A stretch of DNA of 64,000 bases from Amphiscolops sp. MND2022 (lineage: Eukaryota): contig OZ076409.1 of the NCBI GenBank assembly GCA_964187785.1, forward strand, positions 3,040,001-3,104,000, read 5' to 3'. Each line of letters starts with the position of its first letter. Position 1 is the stretch's first letter. The notes under the pieces are model-generated. The model was given only the letters and a program-made list of their open reading frames with translations, did not search any database and was not told the DNA's origin. Shown here piece by piece: positions 51,401-64,000 of this stretch. Both the position numbers and the translations under genes were made by a program.

Positions 51401-51553
51401 GGATGACGTTGCTAATTTCTTTTGGATGGTTACGTTCACACAACGCGATTTTCTTTCCTTGATTTTCCTTTTCTTTTTAGATTGTCTTGAAGATTGTCCC
51501 GCTATTCTTGGTTTTGTGGAGATGGGAGACGAAAAATTGTTTCCCCCTACAGT
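45404..51553. repeat. ~3.07-kb tandem duplication, units 45404-48474 and 48481-51553
   Basis: Colinear near-identical copies with scattered SNPs; 6-nt filler tcctcc at the junction. Confidence 0.93.
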
Positions 51554-54500
51554 CGCTGCCACTGGATTTGTCAGTGGGAATGAGACCATTTTTGGGTACA
51601 GTGACGACGATGTGATTCCGTCTGGTTCTGATATTGGACACTGTCCCATGTTTGCAAAATCTTTCTGACTTCCAAGGGTGTTTAGACTTTGTTTTTGGTG
51701 ATCAGCCTTTGTAGTCTTACCCGAAATCCTGACGCGTCTGACCAGATCTTGATTTTCAGTAACTCAACCTGTCGCTTGTTCAACTAACCTCGAAGTCAAT
51801 GCGGGGGAGTCCCAGACGGCCACTGTGGAATTGTTTAAATCTTCCACTACTGCCTTGCCTTCTATCTCTGAAATTTTGCCAGCAGTCCGGTCTACTTCCG
51901 TTAATGAGGCATTAATCTCCACTTTGGTTGTTCCTGAGCTTGAAACTTCGTATCTTGTTATACCTAGCAGTTCTGCCGTATTTCCTTCGTCGGCTTCTGT
52001 GATATCTGGATCTCGGGCTCTTACGAGGGGTGTTGATGTCAGCCCTGATCTGTCTACCGATAGTGAGTCTCAAGGAGGTGAGACTGATCCCCCCGCCGAG
52101 AAAAAAATCAGGCTAGTTGCTGAAAGCGTTGTTGTCAAATATCGCTTGAGGGCGAGGTGTAGCTGATAAAATTTGTCTTGAACTTGCTTTATTAGGGTTG
52201 AAAGGGTATTCCGATGCGATGCCGTCTGTGAATTTTGCTACGTCCCCCATGCGCGCTAAGAAAACTGTTCCTCCTCCTCCGAGCCCTCCACCTTTGACGC
52301 GAGCACCTGGTGGTTGGAATAGTCAAAATGAGGACCAGACTGCTTCCGTTGGTGATATGCTGGTCACTTCTGGTGACCTGATGCGATTGAGTCAGCCTTA
52401 TTGGATGAGGTGAGGAATCGGACTTCACAGACTATCCGCACTGGTATGTTGCCATTTTATTGCTTATTGATGGGCCTCTGGCTTGTGCTTGTTGTTTGTT
52501 TGTTGAGTTGGTCCCTATTGGTTTGTGTTCGGTTGCGAGTTCCCCTTTCTCTCTCTCTCTCTTTTGTTTTTTTTGTTAATGGCATATCTGTATGTTGCAG
52601 GATTCCGTGAACTCAATGAAAAGGTTGGGAGCCAGAAATTGCCCAAGACATACAGCAGTCGCAAGTTGTTGCATCGTCGCATATTGGACCTCCATCCTGC
52701 CTACAAGAGTTTCGTGAGTGGTGCAAAGAACGGACAGGCGACGTACTTCCATTGCCGAGTGTGTCGTCGTGATGTGGCCATGAAAACACAAGGCTCTGGC
52801 GAGTTTAGGCGCCATTTTGAATGCGACAAACATTGGATCAAGGACGTAATTTATATGGTGCATATGGGCTTGTCAGTCCTTAATCGTTTGATGGAGCCTA
52901 TGGATTTGACAATGATCCAGATGGCTCAATATCGAGCTAAACCTTTCGAAAACCTTGGTGAAGAGGACCCTTTCCCTGATGACTTTGTGCCAAAACATTC
53001 CCGAGTGGATTTTAAAGTTCCGTTCATGACGTTCGTGGGCTATCTGGGAGAACTTCTTCGCAATGGTGGAGACTTTACTTTCTTGCGACGGCTTTGGGGG
53101 CATTTTCGGTCATCTCTGGGCGATTGGAAGCCTGAATTTGCTTTGAATTGGAGCCGTTCGGAAACCGTGGTAAGATATTTCCCTTCTGTTTCCGCCTGTC
53201 TTGCGTTGTAATTTTGTTTTCCTTGGTTAATCTACTGATAATACGTGTGCTGTATATCGTGGTGGCAATGGCGTCTATGTTTTTAGTCAATTCTGTGCCA
53301 AGCTCTGGCCCCTCGTGTGTTGTGGTTGATGGTCAAGCATATTACATTCTTCAGAGGGTACAGTTTGCAGTTCGAGAAGTCATCGTTTAAGGAGTAATGC
53401 TATGTGCTTTGTTGGGAGGAGAACCATCTAAAAAAGGTGTGTATTGGAAAAGACTCTTCGGAATAGCCCGTGCCCAATGCGGAATTGATGCATTTATCGC
53501 GCGTTGCATATAGCCTTTCCACCAAACAGCTGCCAGTTTCTATTTCTGGTGCGATTCCGTCTTTGGTTCGTGTTTTGGGAAATGTTCGTGAAGAAGGTCG
53601 CCGTTTCGCTGTGTATCAAGCCTTCAGCGAAGAAGTTTTCATACAATGCTTCCGATAGGCTCTACCAGGATGTCTTTGGTTTGGTGAAAGCGGTGACGAT
53701 TGTCGACTATGTTGTGCAGCGTCTAAAGAGTGCCTTGTACGAGGAGTGGACGGAAGATGAACCAGTGTTGCGTAAGTGTGTTCGGCAAGGTTTCGTCAAT
53801 TTTGGTGATTATCGAGCTCTGTTGACTGATTTGATCGATCTGTGGCCATCGATTCGACCTTACATCCGTTGCACTGGAAATCCCGAATCAAAAGAGAAAG
53901 CCGATAGTGTTAGTATGGTGTGCTTGATTGTTGTAAGTTGGGGTTGACTTAGGTTGTAAGTAGGTTTGGTTTGTTTCTAGATGCGAGGTCCAGACTGGCG
54001 ATTAGATTAATTGCCGACGATATTATTACATATCAAATCGAGTTGTTGCGTTTTGTGCTCGATACCTGTAAGTATGGTGTTACGACTGATTGATTGTGTT
54101 ATGAATCTTTGATTGTGTCTGCGATTCTATCCGTTGTTCCGACTGTTGTTCGTTATCTGGATTTCGGTTTTGTGTTCTGATGGTGGATTTGTAATTTCTC
54201 TGTTTTAGTCTTTATCAACTTCGAGAAGCTACAACAGTGTCGGGCGGATTACGGATTTCACGGGTACGGTGAGCTATGTCACTTCAACTACTGTCTGTTG
54301 ATGAAGACTCGGGACATTTCTAGTTTGCCTTCTATTCATAAATGGGAGGAGTATATGGATCCCGAAAAACTTGTCGAATTCCCTATTGCTCCGATTGAGT
54401 CGTTTCTTGAGAATTGTGCTTTTGGACGGTCACTGTCTGCTGGTAAGACGACTGGGGTCTTGGAATTTCGTGGGCGCTGCAGAGAGTTCCTTGATTGTTT

Positions 54501-55480
54501 GGTGTTCGTCATCTTGAGTATTTCTGCAGTTTCATCGAGAGTGACACGGAGCCTTAGCTGTGTTGGTCCCGAGATTTTGCTCGAAGGCGATGATCATGTA
54601 GTGTTTCGTCTTTTTGCCGATTTGACTGATGTGCTGGGGGCATGTGGGCTATTGGTTGCTGATGAGGCAAAAGCAGCAGTTGAGCAGTTTAACAGCTACA
54701 TCGTTGTTAAACGGAGACAGCACGATCGCTCCAAAACCACTGCTAGCGACATTCCTAATGTGGTGCACTATTTGCTACGTGATTTTAGTTTCCAGGCCTG
54801 TCATCATGTTTGCCGTGTATTGAAGCTATGCTGTTTGATTATGGGGAGTCCTTGCGGGGTTCATCCGCAAGTGCTCTTTGATTTGGGATGTGGTAAAATC
54901 AGCAAAGACGTGTTTCAAGACTGTCTCCGACTCGTCCAAAGTTATGTGTTGAATCCTGGGTATTGTCCTCAGTTCTTTTTTACAGAGTCAACAGGGTGCA
55001 GTTCGTGATGCTATTGCCAGTGCTGGTATATTTTTCGTTACTCCAGGTTATGATGTTTGGAAAGATGTTTGTGATCCCGGAGTGGCTTCGTTTGTCTCGC
55101 CGAGTAAGAAGGCTTATGATGCATATTTGTTGGAGCGCCGGAAATCTTATGAGCATCATTATGTGGATTGCAATAAAGCAAACCGTCTTTCTCGCGTTAA
55201 TGCCGTAGTTCCTGCTGTCGATACGGATAGTACAAGCACCTTATGTTCAAAGAGTTCCAGGTGCGATGCCCAATGGTCGGATTCTGGGAAAAAGACTGCG
55301 TCGTCTTCCAACAAGTCAGCCAGGGCTGGTACTGGTAATCAAAAGGGGAAGGAGAAGAAGCCTCCAAAAATTGTTGATCCGGACGTCTTCCATCGGATAA
55401 AGTTAAGGTTTGCACTTTTAAATAACTCCATTCGATGTTTTGAGTGGTGCTTATGTGTTCGTATCTTTGTTGAATTTTGA
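51480..55480 (+). pseudogene. Antisense spliced accessory gene of element C, homolog of the B gene, degenerate
   Basis: Exons 52601-53169, 53287-~53908, 53981-54067, 54209-~55480; CRVCRRDV...H.....H finger; stop at 53395 and frameshifts; 5' exons uncertain. Confidence 0.72.
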
Positions 55481-55649
55481 GGTTCTGTTTTTATAATGGC
55501 ACCGTTGTTAGAGGTAGTTTTGTAGTATAGTAGCAGAAATTAAACGTTACCACTCCGGTTCTGTTTGGTTTGTTGATTGTTTTCTTCTAGTCTTGAGTAG
55601 AACGTAAGTGTTCCGTAGTAACTGAGTCGAGCATTCTGAGGTCAAGGTT

Positions 55650-58600
55650 TGCACTAGGTCTCGGGTTAGGTCGTAAGTTGTATCTCCCCACATTTCTAGG
55701 ATTATATCCGTACACTATGGGCGACATTTGGGAGGTTTGGGGGGACTTGCTATAGGTGGTGGAGTCAAAATGTAAGGATTGTCACTGACATCCAGACTAA
55801 ATGACGTAACGTTATCGGAGGATGTTTTATCCCCGTCAGAATTTTCAACTGTGGCTGTTTTAGCCACTTCATTTTCCGTTGTAGTTGCGTCCTGTCTTGT
55901 CTTTGTTTTCGGTGATTGTAGCTTCTTCTGTTAAATTTTCCGTAGGAGCTCCGAACAGAACTTCTCCCAATTCGGTTTCCCAAGCTTGCGCGTACCAATC
56001 CTTGTGGGTTGTTTTAACCTCTGGATCTGGAAGGTAATTTTTCCTTCTTACTGCTACGTCAGGTACTCGCTGATTGAGCGCATATAGCCCTAGGCGAATT
56101 CTATGGAGGGTTTGCGTATATCGTGTGCCCGTGCGACGTACGATGTAGTTGTTGTTCGATAGGACTTTGACTACCACATAAGGGCCAGTCCAGATGCAAT
56201 CTTTGAAGGCAAATTTCATCGACTGGTTATCAGCTTTCGGATTAAGATCGTAGCAGTAGTCGTTGACTTTGAGTGGTGTGGCAGTCGCTTTCTTGTCGTA
56301 GTACTGTTTGTACTTGAGGTAGGATTGCATCAGGTTGTATTTGGCAGCTTGATGTATTTCAGCTATTTGTTTTTGTAGTTCGTCCGTCAATTCTTCGTTT
56401 TTGACATTTTTTCCATTCAGGCTTTAATCCAAGTTTGATGTCCAAGATATTGTACGGGATGCGTCCGTGGAACACTGTTGTAGGTTCACAGCCTAAGCTC
56501 TCATGATATCCTGTGTTGTAGTTCATGACTGCGATTTGGACATATTTGTGCCACATTGATCGTCTCTCTCCCGTTCATGTTTTGAGCGAAGTTTTTAGGG
56601 AGGCGTGAGTCCTTTCTAGTATGCCATATGTTTGGGCATGTTTTGTCGATGCGTGGTTTATCCGTATATCGAGTGTTTGGGCTATTTGATTGACTATCTC
56701 TGATCTGAATTGTGAACCTTTGTCCGTTAAGATGACGGTTGGTAGGTAACAGTGTCGTGTCATTATATGAATTATACATCGTGCCACTGTTTTTGCTGTC
56801 ATGTCTTGTGTTGGGTAGGCAGAAAGGTAACGTGAGAAAACGTCCATCATCGTGACAATATGTTGATAGCCGTTTGATAAAGGCAGATTCGGTAGTATGT
56901 CCACTTCCAAACAGTCTTCTGGTCCCATAGTAAATTCGGTGTTGCTCAGCATTTTGGGACGTATTTGCCTCGTGTCGATTCTTTTGTTGGCAATGCAATC
57001 TGTGCAGCTAGTTACCCAGGCTCTGATTTTTAGTGCTAGTCCCGGGAATTAAGATTTCGCTCTGCATTCTTGTATCATTTTGGTGATCCCTGGATGTTTG
57101 TTTGTTTTCCCGTGTAGTGTGGACAAGAGTTCTGGGACAAGGTGTTCGGGACTATGACTTGGTTATGCGTGACCGATCCGTCTTCTCCGTAGTACTTTCG
57201 CATTAGGACTCCATCTTTCATTATGATTCTTTCTTCATGTCGTACAAGATTTCGTCCTCTTGGTTCAGTTTTAAGGAAGTGCTTGTCATATTCTTCGTGT
57301 GATATCGGTAGTTTCAACGCTTTAAGGAGGGGATCCGCATCGTGTTCGTTTCTGATCCGTGCGTGTTCCTTGATTGCGCGGAACGAGTAGATTGCGGAGT
57401 TGAGGGGTATCTTGATGTCTTCAGTTTCCTTGGTTGATAGGTCTTTTTCGTGTTCTTCCTGGGCACGTTGTTTGCTTAGAGCTTTCGTGGCGAAAATTTC
57501 TTTTTCAGATTCTTCTTCCCCATCTGGCAGGAAGAAACGTTGTTCCTCGTCGGCGACGTCTGATGATTGTAGGTTGACCTCTATTGGTGACGTTAGGGTG
57601 TCGTCCTTTAGTTTCAGTTGCACATTTCCTTTTGGAGTGAGTTCGAGTCTCGAAAGGAAATATGTTGCCGTGTTCTGGGAGCCTGCTACGTGCATGATTC
57701 AGAATTTTAACCAAAGGACGTAGTCGCAGGGGGCTATCCAGAGTGGGGATGGTGTAGTTTTTGTCTGGAAAAATCTTGTTACTTAACGGTTGTCTGTCAA
57801 GACCAACGTCGGTATCGTCGTTTCCCATAGGATGTGACTATATTCAAGGAATGCATGGTATATAGCCAAAAACTCTTCGCAGTAGATTGACATCTTTAGC
57901 TGTGCTGGTGAGAACACGCGTGATCCGAACGCTACAGGCGTGAAGGTTTTCTTTTTGGAGAGAAGTTTTCGTTCATCATTTTCTTCAATCAATAGGGCAT
58001 AGCCTGATGCACGGAAACTTCCGTCCGTCATTAGGACGTATTGTTTTCCTGCTATTTGCTGTCTGAGTGCAAGTCCACAGGCTTCCGCTAGGCTGGCGTT
58101 GATTTCTTTGAAATTCTCGATGAGTTCTTGCGAGATTCTAATTTGGAGTCGGCTTTTAGGAGTTCATACATACCAATGAGTTTTTCTGACAGACGTGGTA
58201 TGTAGTTTCGGTAGTAGTTGACAATGCCGATATATTTTTGAACTTGTTTTTTGGAATTTGGGAATCGAACTTTGGGGAGGAAATTCTTGAAATTTTGATC
58301 TTGCGGGGCTACTCCGTCGGGATGATGGTCCTCCACAGAATTCGACTTGTGTTACAACAAAGTGACATTTTTCGGTGGTCAATTTTAGTCCCGCTTTCCT
58401 TATGCACTTGAAGACTGCTCTGATGTTTTCGATGAGCTGTTCCGTTGTATTCGCAGCTATACCAACATCGTCAACATTTTGTGCGCACTGGTCTGCTTTG
58501 ATGACTGAGTCGAGGTATTCCCGCATTTAGCTTGAGAATGCTGACAGGGCTCTGCTTAGTCCTTGGGCTAGACGACGGTAGGCACACGTCCTACTAGCAA

Positions 58601-60682
58601 AGTTAAAAGCAAGTAATTCTACTGACCTTTGATCTGCCATTTGGAGGCAGTGGTACGCCTGGGAGCAGTCGAGTTTGCAGAACAGTTTTTTCCCTGCTAG
58701 ATGTTGTGCCGCATCTGAGAGGGTGCTGACGGGGTGGTTGTTGTTGATGTAGTCATCTGCGATGAGGGCGTTGACTTTTCGCAGATCCACCAATAGTCTC
58801 AGCTTGCCGTTGGGTTTCCGTTGTGCCAATATAGGACTGGCATACTTGGAGAATGGGAGTGTCGTGATTATGCCATATCTGTGCATGGAGGCCAATTCCA
58901 CCGTTAGGTCTTCTTTGAGAATGATTGGGACTGTTAGGATCTGTGTGTATACCGGTTTGTCATCTTGTGGGGTTAGACTGACTTTAAGTTGCGTATTCAT
59001 TCCGATATCTAGCCTCTGGCGGGCGAAGATGTCGTGGAATTCGACAATTGTATTTTCTAGACTATCACGATCTTTTCCTGTAATTAGTGAGTCTGTCCAT
59101 TCGAACATTGCGAGGAACTTGTTTCGGGAATCTTCACTTTCGGTTGCGTCGAGCTTTTCTAGTTCGGCGAGTTCCCGTAAATCTTTCAAATACCGCTTTT
59201 GTACGGGCGAATGTTCTTGTTCCTTGCCAGGGTTTTCTGGAGTTGGGAACCAGAATTTTGCTTCAATATCCTCGGGTCGTTCTACTTGCATTAGTGCATT
59301 GATGTACGTTACGACGTCGTCATGTTCTGTGAAGAGGTTGGGGGTTTCTTCTGGTTTTAAAATTTGTAATTCAGCTATTTTGGTGTCTGTAGCTATTGTA
59401 TAGGGAAAATCCGTTGTATTGGCGATCTTTATATCTCTAGCAGTTGTTACTGCCGGAGCTACTATTAATTTCGAACATTCATCAAATCGTGGTGGGGGTT
59501 GGATTGTTCTACTTATTGGATGTTCGGTACTCACTGGTTTTGATGCGTAGATGATACAGGTGCATGTATCGTATGCTTTGATTCTGTTTTGGTCGTGATG
59601 GGCTTGGGGTTGCATTCTTGCATTTCGTCGGTGAGCGCCATCGTGATTTGGATCTTCGGGAAGTCGATTGTTCCTTGTGCAGTGTCTAGGATTGCAGCAT
59701 GTTTGCGGAGGAACGCTAGTCCTATTATGGGGAATGACGTGTGGTTCATGACAATGAACGTTTCTTCAAAGGTGTAGTCCTCAATTTTGAAACGTTGGGT
59801 GTACGTGGCGAGTGGTTGTTCGAGTTTGGCGTTAGTGTACTGTACTTTGAAAGGGAGTGGGGGTGCTTTGTTGACGATGCATTGACTAGCATTCAGTCGA
59901 AGTTTTTCAGCGTCCCTTTCACTTATAGCATTAATGTACGCACCTGAGTCGACTAAGGCAGATTTTGACAGTGTTGAAGTCGACTGGTAGAAAGATCATT
60001 CTCTTTTTCTCCTTGAGTGTGATTGCAGACAATAACGGGATGTAGTCGTTATCTTTGTCGTGTTGGATGAATTCTTTGATTACATATAGATCTTCGGGTA
60101 GTGTTGAAGGGCATTCCGTTATTTCTTCGTCTTCATCTGTCATTGCCGTGGCTGGTGCAGTTTTTGGTGGTGATGAAGGAGAACTGGTTTTTCTTCGCTG
60201 CTCTTTTTCTTGTTGCGCCCATATTGTTTTGTCTTCGATGCAGATAATGTTCTCTGCGTCTATCGGCGTGGACGTAAAGGTGACGGGAACTGTCGGAGAC
60301 GGTGTTGTTCTTTTCAGTATGGGTGACGGTGGCGATGGGAAGTTTGGTGTTTCTTTGGGTTGAGCTTGGGGGTTTCGTCCCAAGGATCACATGTATAGTC
60401 TCTGTCTTATATATAGATACGTTCAGTTTTGGATTCTGGCGGAGGTCTTTTGAGTGTCGCAGAGTTGTCTGGCGACTCTGTTATCCATTGTGGTAGCGGC
60501 GTTGGGTCTTCTGGATGTCTGGCATTATGTGTAAATATCATGCCTACGTTCCAGCGACGTTACCAGTCTTGGCTTGGTTCTTCATTGCATTCTGTGAAAA
60601 ATCCTCTTCGTACCTATTTGGGGGTCTTCGATGGTGTACGCCCTCGCGTCTACTTTTTTCCCAAAGCGTAGGCGCGGCGATT
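55650..60682 (-). pseudogene. pol: Pol of element C, fragmented
   Basis: Protease region, RT (NVDD for YVDD), RNase H TDGS, integrase DVFSRY/TDKG/ERTH, WTGPY. Confidence 0.92.
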
Positions 60683-61870
60683 TTAGTTTTTTTTTGCCTG
60701 GGATGACGTGGTAGGTACGGGTTGTTCGCTGATCTTATCTGTGGGTATGGCGAATTCTCGCTTTTTTCCCGGGGTCATTTGCCGCATTAGCTCCGTCTCA
60801 GCAGTTCTCGGTTTTGTGCATTTTGCCACATGTACTGCATTTGGGTTTTGGTGCTTCGTTTTGGTTTGAATCTTCGGTGTTCGTTTTTGTTTTGGCATAG
60901 TATCGCTCTTTCCGAAGTCGGCGACTCTGTGCTTTGTAGGGGCCATATTTGCCACAGTGGAAATAATAACCCCTTTGCTGTTGTTCTTTCTTGTCGTTCG
61001 TCACTACAGCGTCCACTGTGTTAAGTCGGACTAGGGTCGTCTCATCAGGCGCGCCTAGTTCGTTTAGTCGCATCTCTCGTTCAAGATGCAGAACGATGTC
61101 ATTGTAGGGTTTGACTTCTAAGTATGCCCTGTTGAGGATCTTTTTGACGTGATACGGCATTTTGGCGTAATTGCTTTATCAATGAATTTTTGTTCCTCTG
61201 ATCCAAACGTTTCTTTTGCAGTCTTTTGCAAATATCGAGGAATTCATGAAGCTTTTGCTTGGTGGGGTCGAAATGCAGCGCATCCCACTCGCATCTTGGT
61301 TTAGCAGAGGATTGAAAATCCCAAAACGACGTTTGAAAGCCGTTATGATTTCTTCCAGGTTAACTTTTTTAGTGTCGTCGAGGTTACAGTACGCTTAGAG
61401 TGCGTTTTCTCGTAGCAATGAATGGAAGTAGTTTATTTTTTGAATCTCCGTGAAATGAGGGTACATTTTGACGTTATTTCGAAATAGGTCCTCAGTTCAA
61501 ATTTTTTGGACTTACCATCGAAACCTGGAAGCGCAGCGGTGAGTGCTTTCCGAACTGGAAGTGGGTTGGCAGATGGGGTGCTGTTGGGGTGCGAACAGAA
61601 TCTTCGATGTAGAAGGACGGTCTTTTTGTTGTTCGTTATGCATACGTTGTTGTTTTGGTCGTTTGGTGGGTTGATTTGTGGCGTCATTGAGGACTCCTGT
61701 CACCATATTACGACTACTGTTCGGTGTTGTTTTGGGGTTAGTCGCAGTTAATGTTTTAACAGGTGTTGACGTCCTGGCAACGGAGATGTTTCCAGACTCA
61801 GAATCAGTATCCTGGTCATTTGTGCAAACAGGGCGCATTCTTCTCAAGGGTGCTATCAATTCAAGCATTT
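60683..61870 (-). pseudogene. gag: Gag of element C, fragmented
   Basis: LPGFDGK capsid start, degenerate knuckles (HCGKYGP, CSTCGKMHKTENC); ends in A AAA AAC TAA slippery site. Confidence 0.85.
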
Positions 61871-61904
61871 CCTTTTGATTCGAGTTCTCGAGTCTCTACC
61901 CCAT

Positions 61905-64000
61905 AGAATCAATCATTTTCAAAGTATAATGAAAACATAAACGAGAGGATATTTTACAGTCCAATTTTTGAAGACCGTAGCGAATAATTTAAATGGTGTT
62001 TTGATATTTGATCTTAACACTAACATTTTGCCTAATTTTTCCACATCAGGTGATTGGCTTCTTGGAACAAGCCCTCACATTTTGTGGTTATTAAGGTAAG
62101 TTTGTTCCGACGAAAACAATGGCCGACTCTTTCGAGTTCAATATTCATATCTGTTGCATCTCGTTTCCCTATTTTGATTAGACTTGTAACACCGGCAAAT
62201 AGCGCTGTATCAGGTTCTTTTCACATTTCTGGGAGATCATTTTTATACAAAAGGAATAAAATGGTCAAAGTACGGAGCCTTGGGGAACACTTGTTTTTAT
62301 TCCTCGAAGATTAGAATTTCATCCATCCTTTTCGACTTCCTGGCATTGGCTTCTTAAAAAACTTTCCAGCAGTTCAAAGATTGGTCACCTTAACCATAAA
62401 TTTTAGGTTTTTTCCATAACATTTGAATGGTCTAATTAATCAAATGTTTTTTTTCCAAATCGAAGAAACATGCTTGACTTGTTGATTTTTTTATCAATTG
62501 CTTGCTGCATAAGTTCAGCGTTATGCTCAATGGCGTTTGTACAAGAGTGTTTCTGACGAAATCCGTTTTGAATTTACGACAAAATTTACAAAATTTTGCA
62601 AAATTTGTTCATTACTCTCCGAAGGACTTTTTCAAACATTTCAATGAATGATGGCAAGAGACTAATCGGTCGGTAGTTTTTAGGATTCTTTTTTGAATAG
62701 ATGAGCCTAATAAAACTTCAATACATAAAGCATAATAACAGGTGAGCAACATTCAAAAATTCCATTATAATTCAATCATATCCGTTGCTTTTCTTGTTTT
62801 TTTTTTATCGATTTGATGCATTAAGATCTTTCATTAAGTGCAAATGGTTCTAGAACAAAAGTGTTCTCAAAGTACGTGTTCTGTATTTTTTATTAGATTC
62901 GGTAATTCTAGATGATAGGATAGATTCCACTGATGTGAAAGGTTCATTCAGCAATTCTGGATCAAGTGCGACTAATCAAGGATGTCCTTCTTGTACGTGT
63001 CCTTTAAGTGTTCTGAAAAGTGTGTCGGGTCGACGGATTGTCCCAACGTTTTTCGAAGTTAAGATCTCTTTTCGCCTTCCTAATTAGAGATTTTACACTG
63101 TTTCGTGCCAATGTGTATGCCGATCAGTTTTCATCCGTGGGATTGTTGATTCATTGTTGTAATTTTTTGTTACGTTGCGCAATTGCGTTCTTGATGTTAT
63201 TTGTGATCCACTCAGTACCATGAGATTTATCATTACCAACTGTTTCCGGTGCAAATTTGCCAACGCGTTCCATAATGGTAATTGCAATTTTTTTCAAGAC
63301 TAATACACCCTCGTTCTTGATATTTTTGAGGTTCTGGTCTAAAAGAACCAAAATGTTCAAAACTTTTTCTTCTCTGATAATTCTCGCAGGATGGTTCTTT
63401 CCTATGTTTTTTTGAAAATTTATTGTTATGTCATCTAGCACTGTGTAGTGGTCACTAAATGAGGTATTGCCCGTCTCTATTGAAACCGAAAAACTGGTTA
63501 TAACGTGATCTAAACAAGTTGCAGAAGTTGGCGTCACTCTAGTTGATAGAATGTTCTGCTTTCTGTAAACAAAGGCAGTCGGACGCTTTTCATAGTCTTT
63601 CATTTCTTTACTCTCAACTATTCTAATGACATTAAAGTCTCCAAAAATCATCGAGTCATCCTTTAGACACCTTAGAAAATTAGGAAGTTTTTCCAAGTCA
63701 GGTAGGAAGTGTTTCATTATGACTTTGAGGGCGGTATATTACGCAGAATGTCCTGTTTTTACCAAATAAGTTTACTCGTCGAAACTTTGCTCGTATTCTT
63801 TTTTCAATTTCAGTTTCGAACTCTGTGGGCTCAAATTCAACTTTAACTCAATATGGAACGCAACACCAATTCTCCCCTATTTTGTTTTGCGTGCTTTCGA
63901 TAGAACCGGTTGTTTCTCTGGTAGTACTAATACTTTGAAAGCGTTTTTCGAAAGCCATGTTTCAGTTGTAGCAGTTACCGTCGGTTTGTTTTTGTAAGAC
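61905..64000 (-). mobile_element. Degenerate LINE (CR1/L2-type) ORF2 remnant
   Basis: APE endonuclease motifs GDFN, TRVTPTSATCLDH, SDH; RT motifs YRPISLL, GFR, PQGSVL; many disruptions. Confidence 0.85.

Larger units (their letters stand above)
45391..61890 (-). mobile_element. Degenerate Gypsy-type retrotransposon C, relative of B, 5'-truncated
   Basis: gag-pol fragments 61870-55650; RT motifs closely match B (AQRKPNGKLR, AAQH.AGKK.FCKLDCSQAYHC); antisense accessory homolog; assignment of 45391-51550 to the element is inferred from continuity. Confidence 0.75.

Noticed and set aside
45404..51553. LTR pair
   Set aside because: The copies are directly adjacent with no internal region and lack TG..CA ends
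58762..59403. 213-aa plus-strand ORF
   Set aside because: Shadow frame antisense to RT, with no independent features

Overview
Metazoan, AT-rich, transposon-dense window with a 200-N assembly gap at 45191-45390. The only host gene seen is a cadherin-related gene on the minus strand: six internal GT-AG exons between 27049 and 9745 that splice in frame to 268 aa. Everything else is intronic or flanking TE sequence. This comprises a pol-less Gypsy element with extra 3' ORFs (A, 1-8009), a BEL/Pao remnant carrying a hAT insertion and a microhomology-bounded tandem duplication, a near-intact hAT nested in a foldback-like element, MITEs, LTR-like relics, a tRNA-derived SINE head, two related Gypsy elements (B, + strand, ~29430-45190; C, - strand, 45391-~61890) and a LINE remnant. 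Most notable: B and C each carry, downstream of pol and antisense to it, a homologous intron-containing gene. In B it has 7 exons and splices to an uninterrupted 1013 aa; two intron positions and phases are shared with C. The protein has a CxxC..H..H zinc finger and looks like a catalytically dead hAT-transposase fold. The non-coding parts of B hold about 40 helically phased copies of GATG-N7-GATG. Together these suggest a retrotransposon-encoded DNA-binding factor with its own cis-site arrays, analogous to plant VANDAL/VANC anti-silencing. That functional reading is inference and has not been tested.
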